A stretch of 64,000 nt of DNA. Origin: Lama glama. Taxonomy: Eukaryota. The first letter of the stretch is position 1. Every line of letters begins with the position of its first letter. The notes under the pieces are model-generated. The model saw only the letters and a list, made by a program, of their open reading frames with translations, was not told where the DNA came from and did not search any database. The translations under genes were made by a program, and so were the position numbers. Shown here in pieces: positions 18,380 through 30,708 of the stretch. The stretch lies in assembly GCA_028534125.1 (NCBI GenBank), contig CM052816.1, forward strand, positions 620,001-684,000, in the 5' to 3' direction.

Positions 18380-19520
18380 GTCCCCACCCCGCAACTCGGG
18401 CCCAGGCGCCAGCCCACCCGAAGGGCAAGTGGAGAGTAGCGGGCGTTTAGCATCGACTGAGCCTGGTGGCTGCCGCTGCCCTTTTAATCCGGCTCAGCCT
18501 AGCGATGTCTGCGTCGTGGCGCCGCCGGCCACGAAGGTCACCGAGGGCGGCCTGGTGAGGACAGACCGAGGGCAAGGCCTGGGAGGAGGAGCAGGCCGCG
18601 CGGCGGCCGCGAGCACGCGCCGGCCAATCGCTCGCTCCGCGGCGCCTCCGCGTCACTTGTTGCCGGGGCGCCGTTCTAGACGGCGGCAGACGCGAGCAGC
18701 CTGGGGCGGAGGGAAGAAGCCGGGCGACAGTTTGGGGACCGCTGCCCCGTGCCAACCCTCCCTCCCAGCCCCTCGGTCCCCTCACCGGTCGCCGCCTGGC
18801 TCCTCGGACACCGCGCGTCTCCCACTCAGCCGGCTCGCCGACCCCCGGATTTGCGGGGCTGGGGCGGGGAAGGAGAGAAGGAGCTGGCGGAGCGCGCGGC
18901 CGCCGAGTGGGGAGAGCTGGGAGGCGCCTCGGGATAGGGGGTCACGCTCTAGCCCTGCTCTCCCGGGTTGGCCAGTGGTCGGCCGCACGCGGGTCGCGTC
19001 AGCGGTTGCTGGAAGACTGGGAGACGCTAAGAACGCTCCGCGGGAACAGTTCAGCCTCGCCCGCCTAGGCCGCAGTCCCAGTGAGGGGGCGGGACTCACG
19101 GGGGGAACCGGGGACTCTCTTGCCAAGGCCCTGCCTTTTCCCCAGGCTTAACCAATCCCTGCCTCCTCCTTTCTTCTCGTCTCCGCCCGCTGGCCTCTTC
19201 TCGCCCAATCAGAGGGAAAGGCACTGAGCCACACTCACCGCCTCGCGGCCCGGTGGCGGAGTCAGGGGTGCAGCCTCAGGTCTTCCTGAGGCTCGCGCGC
19301 CCTCTGGGCAGCCGAAGTTGTGTCCCTGCGGGTGCTGCCGCAGGGGCAGCGGGCGTCCGGCGCGGAGTGGCCTCCGGGTCCACCCACCGAAACAGTCCCG
19401 GCAGTAAATTAGTGACTTCTTACAGTGAGGCCAGACTTAATACCTGTTGGCTTAATCCTCGCCACTGCCCTGCCAACGAGGCTCCCGCAGGTTAACGGAT
19501 CCCTCTAAATCGCACTGCCT
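18380..19520 (-). promoter_or_regulatory. ZNF672: CpG-island promoter and first non-coding exon(s) of ZNF672
   Basis: CpG-dense; several CCAAT boxes; minus-strand donors gcg|gtgagt (exon end 19239) and ccg|gtgagg (~18787). Confidence 0.8.
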
Positions 19521-19889
19521 CGGTTGGGGGTACTCCTGGCCCACTTGGCAGCTCTCTCTCCAAGCGCTTGCTGGCTGAGCTCTCTATGCAGTGTCGTCTT
19601 CCACCGAGAGGTGCTATTAGTGTTGTTTTCCAGAAACGCATTTGGAAAGTGGCCGTCCCCTGTTCAGGGCTGCCTATCAGACGCCAGATGATGGCTCTCA
19701 GTACACTTCTTTACCAGCCCTTATCTTCCTCTCGAGGTCACTTAGTACCACATATTCTGTCACCCATCCAGAACTCTAACCCCTTTGCTCTGCTCAGTGG
19801 TTCCCTAAATGAGTATACAGTTAAATCCCTCAAGTCTTTCCCCGGGGTCAGCCTGGAACACTCATCTGCCCCCTTTTTTCTTTCTTTCT

Positions 19890-20302
19890 ACTTTTTATTG
19901 AAATATACATACATACAGGAACATATGCAATTCCTAAGTGTACAGATCAAATATTTTTATCACCTGAAAAAAACCTATGCAACCCGTTCCCATATTAAGA
20001 ACTGGAATATTTCCAGAACCCCAAAAGACCCTTGGCCCACTTCTTGTCTCTGCTCCCATACAGAGAGTAACCATAATCCTGACACCATAAATTAGTTTTG
20101 ACGTTATATACATGGAATCGTGCTATTAAGTCTTGAGTCTTTTGCTTAACATTTTAAAATTCATGTTGTTGAGTGTGGTTGTGGCTAGTTCATTTTTGTT
20201 ACTATAAGGTATTCTATTGTGTGATATACCATAGTTGATTTACCTGTTTTACTGAATAAATACAGCTGATGGACATCTGGGTTGTTCCTAGTTTGGGGCT
20301 TC
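19890..20302 (-). mobile_element. Old L1M 3' fragment
   Basis: ttttattgaaatatacataca...taagtgtacag...tgatggacatctgggttgttcctagtttggggct. Confidence 0.65.
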
Positions 20303-20500
20303 TATTAGTTTCCTAGAGCTGCTATAACAGAGTACCACAAACTAAGTGGCTTAAGCAAGAGAAATTTATTTTCTCACAGTTCTGGAGGCTAGAAGTCTAA
20401 AGCCAAGTGTCCGCAGGTTTGGCCCTTTTGGGAAGAGGAAGAATGGATGAGGAAGGATGAGGAACAATCTGCTCCACGCCTCTCCCCCTAGCTTCTGGTG
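20303..20500 (-). mobile_element. MaLR LTR (MLT1) fragment
   Basis: tattagtttcctagagctgctataacagagtaccacaaactaagtggcttaa...cacagttctggaggctagaagtc. Confidence 0.8.
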
Positions 20501-23316
20501 AATTTGGAATGCTCTTCTACTCTGCGTTTAATTCCACCCATTCTTAAAATGTTGGCCAAATGCCATCTCCATAAACCGATGCTGGAATGCCCGTCTCCAT
20601 CCTCAGCCCTGGGTGTGAGTCCGTGCTACAGTGCACCCCTCTGCATATTGTCACAGCTGAGTGAAGGCTTTGCCCTCCTCATAAACAATGCCCTGAAACA
20701 GTGCCTGCTCATCACAAAGGCTCAGTGAGTGTCTGCTGACCCACACATGGCAGCATGGTGTAAGAGGACAGGTCTGGAAGCAGCAGGCAAGGAAGTGGAA
20801 AAGGGGGACACAGGATGCAGGCCTAGGCTGATGAGGGACTGAACTGGGAAGGGATGGAGGTAGGAGATGCGGAAATGGGAAATGTGCCTGAAGTAAAATA
20901 CCGGACATTTTAAGGTAGTTTTAGGTAGATGACTAGTTGAGGATCATTCCAGAGACTTTAGAGCCAGAAAAATGGACTAATTAGCACATTTCTCGACTTA
21001 CTGTTCAATAATGATGTCATGTGTTTAAGGGACATTGCCACACTTAGCCAATTCCAGAGGAGTGACGAGGATGGTGATAAATACATCGTATAGGTGAACG
21101 GGCTGAGGACTTTTTACCTGGAAAAGAGAAACCTGTACATGATGACTGTTCACAAGGCTTGACACACTGTCGTGTGAACAATGGCTGGATCAGACAACTT
21201 TATTTTGTGTAGCTATGGAGGGAAGAACTCAGTGAAGAGGACATACAAGAAGGTGGATTTCTGTTTCTAATAGGAGTCATCACAGAGAAGAATGATAGTT
21301 GGAACAGTAATCACAAATGTAGTGAGAGAAAGAAAGTTGAGAAGGAAGTTACGGGCATTTTTGTCAACTTAAAAATACTGGATCCAAATGGTTGTCCTTC
21401 CCTACAAATCTACATCAATAAATGACAGCTCTCAGTGTGGTCCCATAAATATTCAAGGCATTTATGGAGGGCCTACTATGTGCCAGGCAGTACTCTGGGC
21501 ACTGGGGGATCCAGCTGTGAACTGTGACATCAGTTTCCCTAAAATAAGCTGTGTGTGTGTGTCATACTCCCACTCAAAATACTGCTGAAGGTTTGGATTA
21601 ACTACAAAATGAAGTTTACTCTCCTGGTGTGACACGAAGGCCATCTTCCACCTGTTCCAACCCACCTTTGCAGTCGGTCCTCTCCAACCCTCTAGTAAAC
21701 TGGATGACTACCCACCCACCTTCTACATTTCTCTAAGCCTGGAATACACTCCTCTCACTCCTTTGCCTCTCCTTGTCTGTAAAAATACTGCTTATCCTTC
21801 ATGGCTCTATTCCAATGTTAACCCACCTCAAAATGAAAGCTGTATCTCCTTCCCAACCGCAAAAACTGTTCATCCATAAATTCCCTATCTATTGAAAATC
21901 TGTTGTCCTGTCAGGCCACAAAGGGACGTAACACTGTCCCTGTATTTACCATCCTTTGCCACATACTTCAGAATCATGTACGTATCTTATCTCCCCTACC
22001 AAATTGTAAGCTTGAGGGCACAGTCTTACTGAGTGTACATTTCTGAATCCCTGCTTACGGCCTAGGGAGTGAGCTGAGGGTTGGACACAAAACAGAGACT
22101 GAGTCCTTTGAGAGCACACTGTGGGAGGGCAGACTTCCACAGACTCTTGGTCATCCCACCATGGGCCACGTATAAAGTGATATAAATATAGAACAGGAAG
22201 AAAAGGGTAATTCTTACGTAGGTCATCTGCAAACGTCATAGATTCAACAAGTAGGCAAGATTTTTGTATCAGGGTTTGTGGATAATGGTGATAATAATTT
22301 TCCACCTCTTGGGACCTTTCTGCCAGTGTAGGCACTGGATTGAGGCAGATGGATTGAATGAACAAGAAAGGAGTGGACATTCTCTTGCTCTAGACTGACT
22401 ACACAGTATGAGTAGATGAGGGTCAGAATCCTGAGTAGGGCAGGGCAAGAGTTCTAGGAAGAAGAGGGGGTAGAAAGGAAACTCAAAGAAATTTGGTTAG
22501 TTAGAGGAATGTCTCCTTTCCACAAGTCTTTACCAAGGGACCACTGAGTCTGCACCTGGCTGGATAATGTGAATTTAAAGATGAATAAGACATCGTGTGC
22601 CCTTATAGTGTGGTTAGAGGCATCTATGCCACAATCAAGTTTGGGTTTCCCTCAGCGGGCAGGGGAGGAGTCATGGTGCATGTGGGTTTGTAAACACTAG
22701 GCAGTTAGAGGTGAAAAAGCTGTGAGAGTAGATGGCATTTCCCAGAGAGGGTGCAGGTGGATGTGAAGGGGGCTGAGAGTGGAACCCTAGAAAACAAATC
22801 TCCAAAAGGAGGCAGCTGCAGAATGGGCAAACAGGAAAGGCTTCGTGGGGGAGGTCAGGATGGGGTCAGGCACTGGGTACCGTGTGAGGAAGTAGTGGTC
22901 TGTACCCAATGCTGGAATGAGTCAGATAACATCATGGCAGCATCAGTCTGTTGAGTTGGGCTGGAGGGCACTGTCTGTGGTTCAAAAAGAGGGATAAGGA
23001 CAGAAAGGAGGGATGTAAAAGTAAAGAATCCTGTTGGTTATGGGCACATGAAACAAGCACATAGGACACGATTTACACGGCAGTTGAGAGGCAACTGAAA
23101 GAGCTAATGATTCAGAGCACTATTTCAAATCTCTTGTTTGAAATGTGAGCCCAATTGATATTCAAAATGTCTAAAATCAGATTTGGAAGGCTTGCTGTGT
23201 TACTAGGGATATAAAGACAGAGGATACTGTTTCATTTGTTCCTTTCTTACTATATACACTGTTTTCATTCAAGCATTCCAATTGCAGTCCCATATTCAAC
23301 AAAAACATTGGCCTCT

Positions 23317-24551
23317 TAAACACAGGCAAAACATTCTGATATAAATCCCAGTAATGTTCTCCTAGGGCAGTCTGCTGAGGCAACAGAAATAAAAGCAAAA
23401 ATAAACAAATGGGACCTAATTAAACTTATAAGCTTTTGCACAGCAAAGGAAACCATAAATAAAAGGAAAAGACAACCTATGGATGGGAGAAAATATCTGC
23501 AAACAATGCAACTGACAAGGACTTAATTTCCAGAATATACAAACAGCTCATGCAACTCAATGACCAAAAAAAAACCCAAAACAACTCAACCCCAAAATGG
23601 GCAGAAGACCTAAATAAACATTTCTCCAGTGAAGACATACAAACGGCCAATAGGCACATGAAAAAATGCTCAATATCATTAATTATCAAAGAAATGCAAA
23701 TCAAAACTACAATGAGGTATCACCTCACAACAATCAGAATGGCCATCATTAAAAAGTTCACAAACTATAAATGCCAGAGAGGGTGTGCAGAAAAGGGAAC
23801 CCTCCTACACTGCTGGTAGGAATGTAGTTTGGCACAGACATTATGGAAAATAGTATGGAGATTTTTAAAGAAACTGGAAACAGCCTTACCATATGATCCA
23901 GCAATCCCAGTCCTGAGCATACATTTGGAGGAAACTCTAATTTGAAAAGATACACGCACCCAAATGTTCATAGCAGCACTATTTACAATAGCCAAGACAT
24001 GGAAGCAACCTAAATGTCTATCAATAGATGACTGGATAAAGAAGATGTGGTATACATACGTGTATAAATACACACGCGCACGTGCGCGATGGAGTACTAC
24101 TCAACCATAAAAAAGAATAAAATAATGCCATTTGCAGCAACATGGATGGACCTGGAGATGGTCATACTAAGTGAAGTAAGCCAGAAAGAGAAAGAAAAAT
24201 ACCATAATATCACTAATATGTGGAATCTTAAGAAAAAGGAGGGACACAAATGAACTTATTTACAAAACAGAGACAGACTCATAGACATAGAAAACAAACT
24301 TATGATTATCAGGGGGAGAGGGGGTGAGGAGGGATAAATTGGGAGTTTGGGACTTGCAGATACACACCACTATGTATAAAACAGATAAACAACAAGGTCC
24401 TACTGTACAGCACAGGGAACTATATGCAATACCTTGTAGTGGCCTATAATAAAAAAAACCCAAAAGGAATATATATGTATAAACGAATCACTATGCTGTA
24501 CACCAGAAATTAACACAACATTGTAACTAGACTATACTTCAGTTTAAAAAA
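23317..24551 (+). mobile_element. 5'-truncated L1 (end of ORF2 plus 3'UTR) with 16-bp TSD
   Basis: ORF2-like [45 protein letters not shown] (ORF 23550..23819); TSD aaaaac(a/c)ttggcctct at 23301-23316 and 24552-24567. Confidence 0.93.
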
Positions 24552-24891
24552 AAAAACCTTGGCCTCTAGAACATGGTAGATTCTAGTGTTTTCCCAAATA
24601 ACTTCACAGATGTCAACTGTGAAGAGCTATACTAAACGAGATACAGGTAAACTGTATAAACTTGGTACACTATAGCGTAAAAATAGAATATTTGTTGAGA
24701 GGATTTTAAACATCAACTTTCTTTAAAATACAAACTTTTTTTTCTTAGTCTTTAATGATGTCCTAGTCCTTAATGATGACATTTCTTTGTCCTAATACAA
24801 CATTTTTTAAAAAAAGTTATGTTAGATCAAAGTCATGTTCAAAATTCACATCTAGGAATCAGTGGTTCACAAAATAAGATATAGAAAATGA

Positions 24892-25080
24892 ACACTGGAA
24901 ATTGACACAACGTTGTAAACTGACTATAACTCAATAAAATAAAGTAAGATAACAAAAAAAATAAAATAACATGTATTCAAAAGGGGATGACAAAAATTTA
25001 AATTCTTCATTTTAATATAACTTTGCACTGTCATAGTTTTTAATAAGATTTTTATCTTATCAAAAAACAAACAAAAAACA
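24892..25080 (+). mobile_element. Short L1 3' end carrying an extra 3' segment, with 16-bp TSD
   Basis: TSD aagatatagaaaatga at 24876-24891 and 25081-25096. Confidence 0.85.
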
Positions 25081-25399
25081 AAGATATAGAAAATGAGATT
25101 ATGAAGCAGAACCTTCAGGGAAAATGAGTTTCCAAGTGAAATACAAGGTAGGGATAAAATCAGTTTTTATGACTGAAGCTACTTTAAAGGCTAAGTAAGA
25201 GCTGTAATACAGATAATACTAGTGTCACATGCAAACTTGTAGCATCTTGAGAAAATATTTTGAAATTTTGGGTTATTTTCACAGATTAGGGTATTTAAAT
25301 TCTAAGCAGATATATTTAAATTAACATATAATGTGTTGTTGAAAAGATTTTAAATAATTCTAAATACTTTTCCTCATGAAGCTTAATTGAGGCAGTCTA

Positions 25400-25625
25400 T
25401 TATTGTGCCTAAGGACTGGGACTGTCTGAGTTCAAAGACCGGCACCACTACGACCACAGCACCAGGAGTATGACCTTAGATAAGTTATTTAACCTCGTGT
25501 CCCCTCAATTGTAAAATGGAGGTACAATATACCTCAGCTGGTTGTGATGAGGATCAAATGGATAGATATAAACCATGCAGAACAGTGCCTGGTACGAGAT
25601 AAACACCACGTGTTTTATTATCAAA
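25400..25625 (+). mobile_element. MIR SINE
   Basis: tatgaccttagataagttatttaacctc...gtaaaatgg...gttgtgatgaggatcaaatg...aacagtgcctggtac. Confidence 0.7.
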
Positions 25626-26374
25626 TGAGATCAGCAAGTAAGGGGGAAAAACTTACTTCTGGACTGAAAAACTCAGTTGATTTAAAAAGGGAAGAAATAA
25701 TTCAGAGATTTGACAATTATAGGCTGTCCCTTTCATTAACCTTTATTAGTAAGTTACATGATATATTTCTGGGAGCAAGTATTCAACCAGACTTTTTAAA
25801 AAACAGCTTTGCTGAGGTATGCTTGATATACCAAGTCTCACATATTGAAATGTACAGTTTGAAAACTGCTGACATGTGTACACAAATCAAATCTTCACTA
25901 CAGTCAAGACAGAGAACATACCAACCGCCCACAAGTTTATGTGTGCCACTTTGTAATCTCTCCCACCTCTCTCCTAGGCATCTACTGAATCTGCTATCAC
26001 TATACATTAGTCAACTAATGTGTTTAATTAGCAACTGATGGTAGTATTTATTACATATTTGATTGATGGTAGTGGGGTAAAAATCAAAGAACATAAAAAA
26101 GTAGTTTTTGTTGGTAGGAAAAAACAAACTAAAAAAAAGGTTTTTAAACATGAAGGTAATTTACACTATTTGCGTGAAGAGATTAAGTTACCAGTAAGAA
26201 TTTATGAGAAAACTTTATTTCACTGAGACATGACCTAGTAACTGATAGTGTTACTAACCTCTTTACGTGGCTTTCGTATTTTCACGTCATTCACTAGTTT
26301 AGTCAACAGGGGCTAGTTGGTTATTTGTTTCAGGGACTAGAAGCGGGTACACTTGTAGTGGAGAGATTACTGGA

Positions 26375-26556
26375 CTTGTGCTGTTCAATACATTAATCAG
26401 TAGCCACATATGGCTATCTAAACTTAAATTAAAACTTTAGTTCCTAAGTTGCACTAGCCACATTTTAAGTTCCCAAGCACCCCACACATGGCTGCCACAT
26501 TGAACAGAATGGATGTAGAAATTTCCATCATCACTCAACGTTCTACTCTACAGAGC
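26375..26556. mobile_element. hAT-Charlie MITE (MER3-like)
   Basis: gtgctgttcaata...agccacatatggcta...gcactagccacattttaag...atttccatcatc. Confidence 0.7.
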
Positions 26557-27619
26557 TAATTTAGGAGCCTCTTGAGGTATATTATCTACGTGGAGGTGAG
26601 GGTCTACACTGAAGCAATGGCAAAGAAATGGAGAAGAGTGAGCTCTCTGAGATACTTAACGTCATGCACAGTGAAGACAGGGGATTCATTTAGAATGTCT
26701 TCTAGGTTTCTCCCTAGGGTAAATGGGTGGATGATTAGAACCATTCACCAACAAAATAAATATAGTAGAAGCAGCAGGATTTGAGAAAAGGAGTGAAATC
26801 AGATTTGTACCCTACAAGAGGCAACCCTTGGACTGGCCAGTGGTCTGAGAAGTTGCTGGATCTCAAAATGTGATCTGTGGGGAATCTGGATGGAGACAGA
26901 GTTCCAAGGAAGGAGCCCTGGGTAGGAGCCAGAGCCATGCACTCAGGTGAGGGCTTTCAGAGAAACCAGACAGCATGAGAAGGTCAGGGACTCGCATCAG
27001 AGTCTGGGAAGCACTGACATGTAGGGCAGGGTTTTTAAACTGTGAATCGCTCATGAAATCAACAGAATAGGTCTCCATCAGCATTAAAAAATAGTGTAGC
27101 AAATATTAACATGCTTTGAATATTAAGATTTTTTCCCTGAGACTTTTTGTCACGAATATATTTACAAACCTATATGTATACTGGGTTGCAAGGTGAAACT
27201 CGTTTCTGGGTTGCAGCCTGATTAGTTTGAGTATCACTGATTTATAAAATGAGCACCACAGACTATAAGCTACATGCAAACTCCTGGCACACTGCCTTCA
27301 ACCAGGTGAGAACACTGTATGAAGGAATTAACCAACAGGTCAGAGAAATAAGAGGAAACCCACAACAAGTGTGATTCAGAAACTAAAGAACTGTAAGAGA
27401 GAAGAGACAACCCAGTGTCAGGTATCAGTGATTTGGTGATGTTCAGAGCTTCTCCCTGCAATTTCTGTGGACTGGCATGAGCAGAAGCCAGACTACAGAA
27501 GTAAATGGGAGGTGAGGAAGTGGAGATGAGACCAATGAGGGTGGAAATTGAGAGACATTTGTTTTGTTTTGTATTAAAGATGTGAAAGTTCAGTATGTGC
27601 CTGAAAGAGATTAGATGGG

Positions 27620-27805
27620 AACTGCCTTGCCCAATAATGAAATCACTGGCCACACGTGGCTATTTAAATTAAGTAAAAACGCAATTCCTTAATAATACTA
27701 GGTTCAAGTGCCCAATGGCTACATATGACTAGTGGCTACCATGCAACACAGAGCTCATACAGAACATTTCCATCACTGCAGGTAGATCTATTGGACAGTG
27801 CTGCT
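27620..27805. mobile_element. hAT-Charlie MITE (MER3-like)
   Basis: gccacacgtggctatttaaatt...agaacatttccatcactgcag...ctattggacagtgctg. Confidence 0.7.
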
Positions 27806-28899
27806 CTACAGAAAATTTTTAACTCATCATGCTATTCTGGCCTCAATAAAACAGGTCAGCGCACAATGCTCCCCAACCTCTTCCTGCCTGAAACATTATC
27901 CAAACCCAGCAAAAAAAAACTGCTGGGGGTTGTATTATAATCTGTACAAGATGAGATCACATTTGGCCTCAGCGAGTGAGAGTTAACCCTGGCAGAGGCC
28001 AGTGGAGTCATCCGGGAGGCTACTGAACCCCGGGATGTGATCTAGGGGCTGTCTGGGCATTATATGTATTCGAGATGTTTTCCCACCAAGTGCAAGAGAT
28101 ATGTGACAATATGAAGCTCATGAAGGCTAAGGAATGAATACATAGAGGAAAAGATGATGTGGGACAAGGTATAAGGACAGTAGATACTGTAGTAGTGCTG
28201 AATAGGAAAGGCTCAGAAAATTCAGGCTAGGGTACACAGAAGATGATGGGTAAAATGAAATACATTACAGTAAAATTCAGTTTTACAAAAGAAAAGAACA
28301 AATAAATAGCTTCCAATTTCCATATGTAATTTTCATGGCTTTTATATGGAACCTTAATAGCAAAATGGAATGTGATAGAAGACTGAGGTATTATTATCCA
28401 TCAGATCTGTCCACTTACAACTGTTACTCAGGGTCTCGCTGATTCACTGAAGTGAGAAAAGTCACTTCTGGAATTTTAAAAATAAAATTTTCAATTTTGT
28501 GGAAAAACTTCTTTTAAATCACTTTTTAAAGAATGTATTGAAAAAAAGAATGTATTGGTTCTACTTAAAAAAAAATTTTATGTGGTTATTCATGGGACGA
28601 GGGGCTGGAAGGACAGGATCCAAAGGAAAGAAGGAAAATCCAATCCATTTGCCTTCTTCACCCAAGGGCAAATCTTGAGCAGGCTCACAGGAGGTTAGAT
28701 CTTTTTGGCAAAAATAAAACGTCCATCCTGAAGCCTTTCCCTTAAGCGTCTCCTGGCGACACCTAGAAGTGGTGATTTCAGGTCAGTTTTTTTCACTGAC
28801 GCACAAAACCATGTAACAACTCCTCCTCCTCGCGGGCTGTTGAGCACTGAGCGCACAAGAACCCTGAATTCAGATTAATTAAGTTTCTAACGACTGCTC

Positions 28900-29700
28900 A
28901 TGGGGGAGTCAGTGACCGCACTGCCAACGACGTTCAGTGGGAAACGGCCTGGCTCGCTGAGGGGCCGTCGTGTTGGCGGCGGCAGGCCTCGAGCAGAGGC
29001 ATTTACCTATCAAATTTGCCCTTTAGACACCGTTACTAACTGAGCGTACCGCTTACTTCAACTGCGTGAGGAGAGCACCCCACATCCCAGCAGCAGAGAC
29101 CTCAGCTGCCCACTCGGACCTCCAGGAGCGCCGCCGCCGGAAGTCCACAAGCCCACCTCCCACTTCCTGGGCGGGCCCGGAAGTGGCTTTGGGGGCCGTA
29201 AAGCAAGATGGCAGCGCTCTCTCTGAGGTGATTGTCCGCGCTCCGTTTTACTTCTAGCACTCCCCTGCCCACCAGGGACTCTCGACCTTCATCCCCTGCC
29301 CTAGTTTTTTCTCAGCACACACGCCCACATTTCAAGTTCATTTTGCCCTGGTGAAGGATGGGCTGGAGGCGACGTACGGCGAACCTGCGCGCCGTGAGGC
29401 ACCATTTTGTACGGAAACCGAAGGCTGGGCGGGACGAGTGTTGGGGATCCAGATGTGGCCGGGTTAGCAGGGGAGCGTGCGAGGGAGGGGCGTGAGGGCG
29501 GGGCGGGGCGGGGGGGGCGTTGCTACCTGATGATGTATTTCCGCTTCCTATCGGCCACATCGGATTTGGTTGGACCGGCTTGTTGCGGGGAGGGCGGGGG
29601 AAGATTGTTTGCAGTGCAGAACCTCGGCGCACGGGAAGGTAAACTGAGGTAAAACTGGAAAGGGTTCGCGGGGGGTGTGTGGGTTTGCGCCCGGCTGTGT
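28900..29700 (+). promoter_or_regulatory. SH3BP5L: CpG-island promoter / first exon(s) of SH3BP5L
   Basis: ETS sites CCGGAAGT at 29137 and 29177, CACTTCCTG at 29161; YY1-like CAAGATGGC at 29204; donor gag|gtgatt after 29227; GC boxes and further donors after 29638/29648. Confidence 0.8.
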
Positions 29701-30525
29701 AGGAGGTCTGGGGCCAGGGTCCTCGGGATTGCAGAAGAGTGGGGTTGGAAACGGGAGGCTCGGATTGTCCGCAGGGTTGGAGAGAGAAGAGGAGATGGGG
29801 TGGGGCTGGGGGTTACAAGGTGATTTGCAAAGCCGGGGGAGGGGGGAGTGGAATGGGGCTGGCGGAAGAGAAGCCGGGGGATAGTGGGGAGGATGAGAGC
29901 ACGGAGGGAAGTCTGGGAGGTACTGGTGGGGGAGGGGCTGGGGCGAGAGATCCTGGAACGCGGGAAAGTTCAGGGGTTGGTCTGAACGTGGGGGTGTGCG
30001 GGGAAGAGAGTGGAGTCCTTGGGAGGTTAAGGGATTGAAAGGAGCTGGTGGCCGACGTTCTAGTGCTGACTATGGACTGGGCCTTTGTTTCCCCTGCAGC
30101 TCCCCAGAGACTCATCCCGCAGCCTCTGCTCAGGCCCAGCCGTCTCTCTCCAGTTGCCACCACAGCCTGGAGGCGCCTGCCTCCGCCCTCCCGAATGGTG
30201 CTCCTTCTCGCAGGCCTCGGCCCAGGATCCAGGCCCCCTTTGCCCCCTGCCTCGGAGCTGTTGCTCCGGGTCTTTCCTAGTGGACTCCTTGGGACGGGGA
30301 GGGAAGAACTTTTGCACATACAAGGCTGTAGCTCTAGGGACCCCACCGACAACCTGAATCCTGGTCTCTAACCGAGTGTGAAATCCCTCCTGTGCCCTCT
30401 CTATCTGCCCTTTGAGAAGAGAAACCCTTCTGTCCACCCAGAGCCCAGTAAGCCCCAAGCTGGGGCCCTGGTCCCAGCATGTCAATCCTCTCTTATGCAT
30501 AGGGCTCTGCCCTCTCCCTGTCAGC

Positions 30526-30708
30526 ATGGCTGAACTCAGGCAGGTTCCAGGGGGGCGGGAGACCCCACAGGGGGAGCTTCGGCCGGAAGTTGTAGAGGAT
30601 GAAGTCCCTCGGAGCCCTGTCGCAGAGGAGCCCGGAGGAGGCGGAAGCAACAGCAGTGAAGCCAAATTGTCCCCAAGAGAAGAAGAAGAGCTGGATCCTA
30701 GAATACAG
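30526..30708 (+). CDS. SH3BP5L: SH3BP5L first coding exon (exon probably starts at 30100)
   Basis: cagcATGgc; acag|gtgaga; upstream acceptor tttgtttcccctgcag| before 30100. Confidence 0.95.

Noticed and set aside
29527..29648. C/D box snoRNA (TGATGA ... CTGA) in SH3BP5L intron 1
   Set aside because: No terminal stem or recognisable guide; lies within promoter-like sequence.
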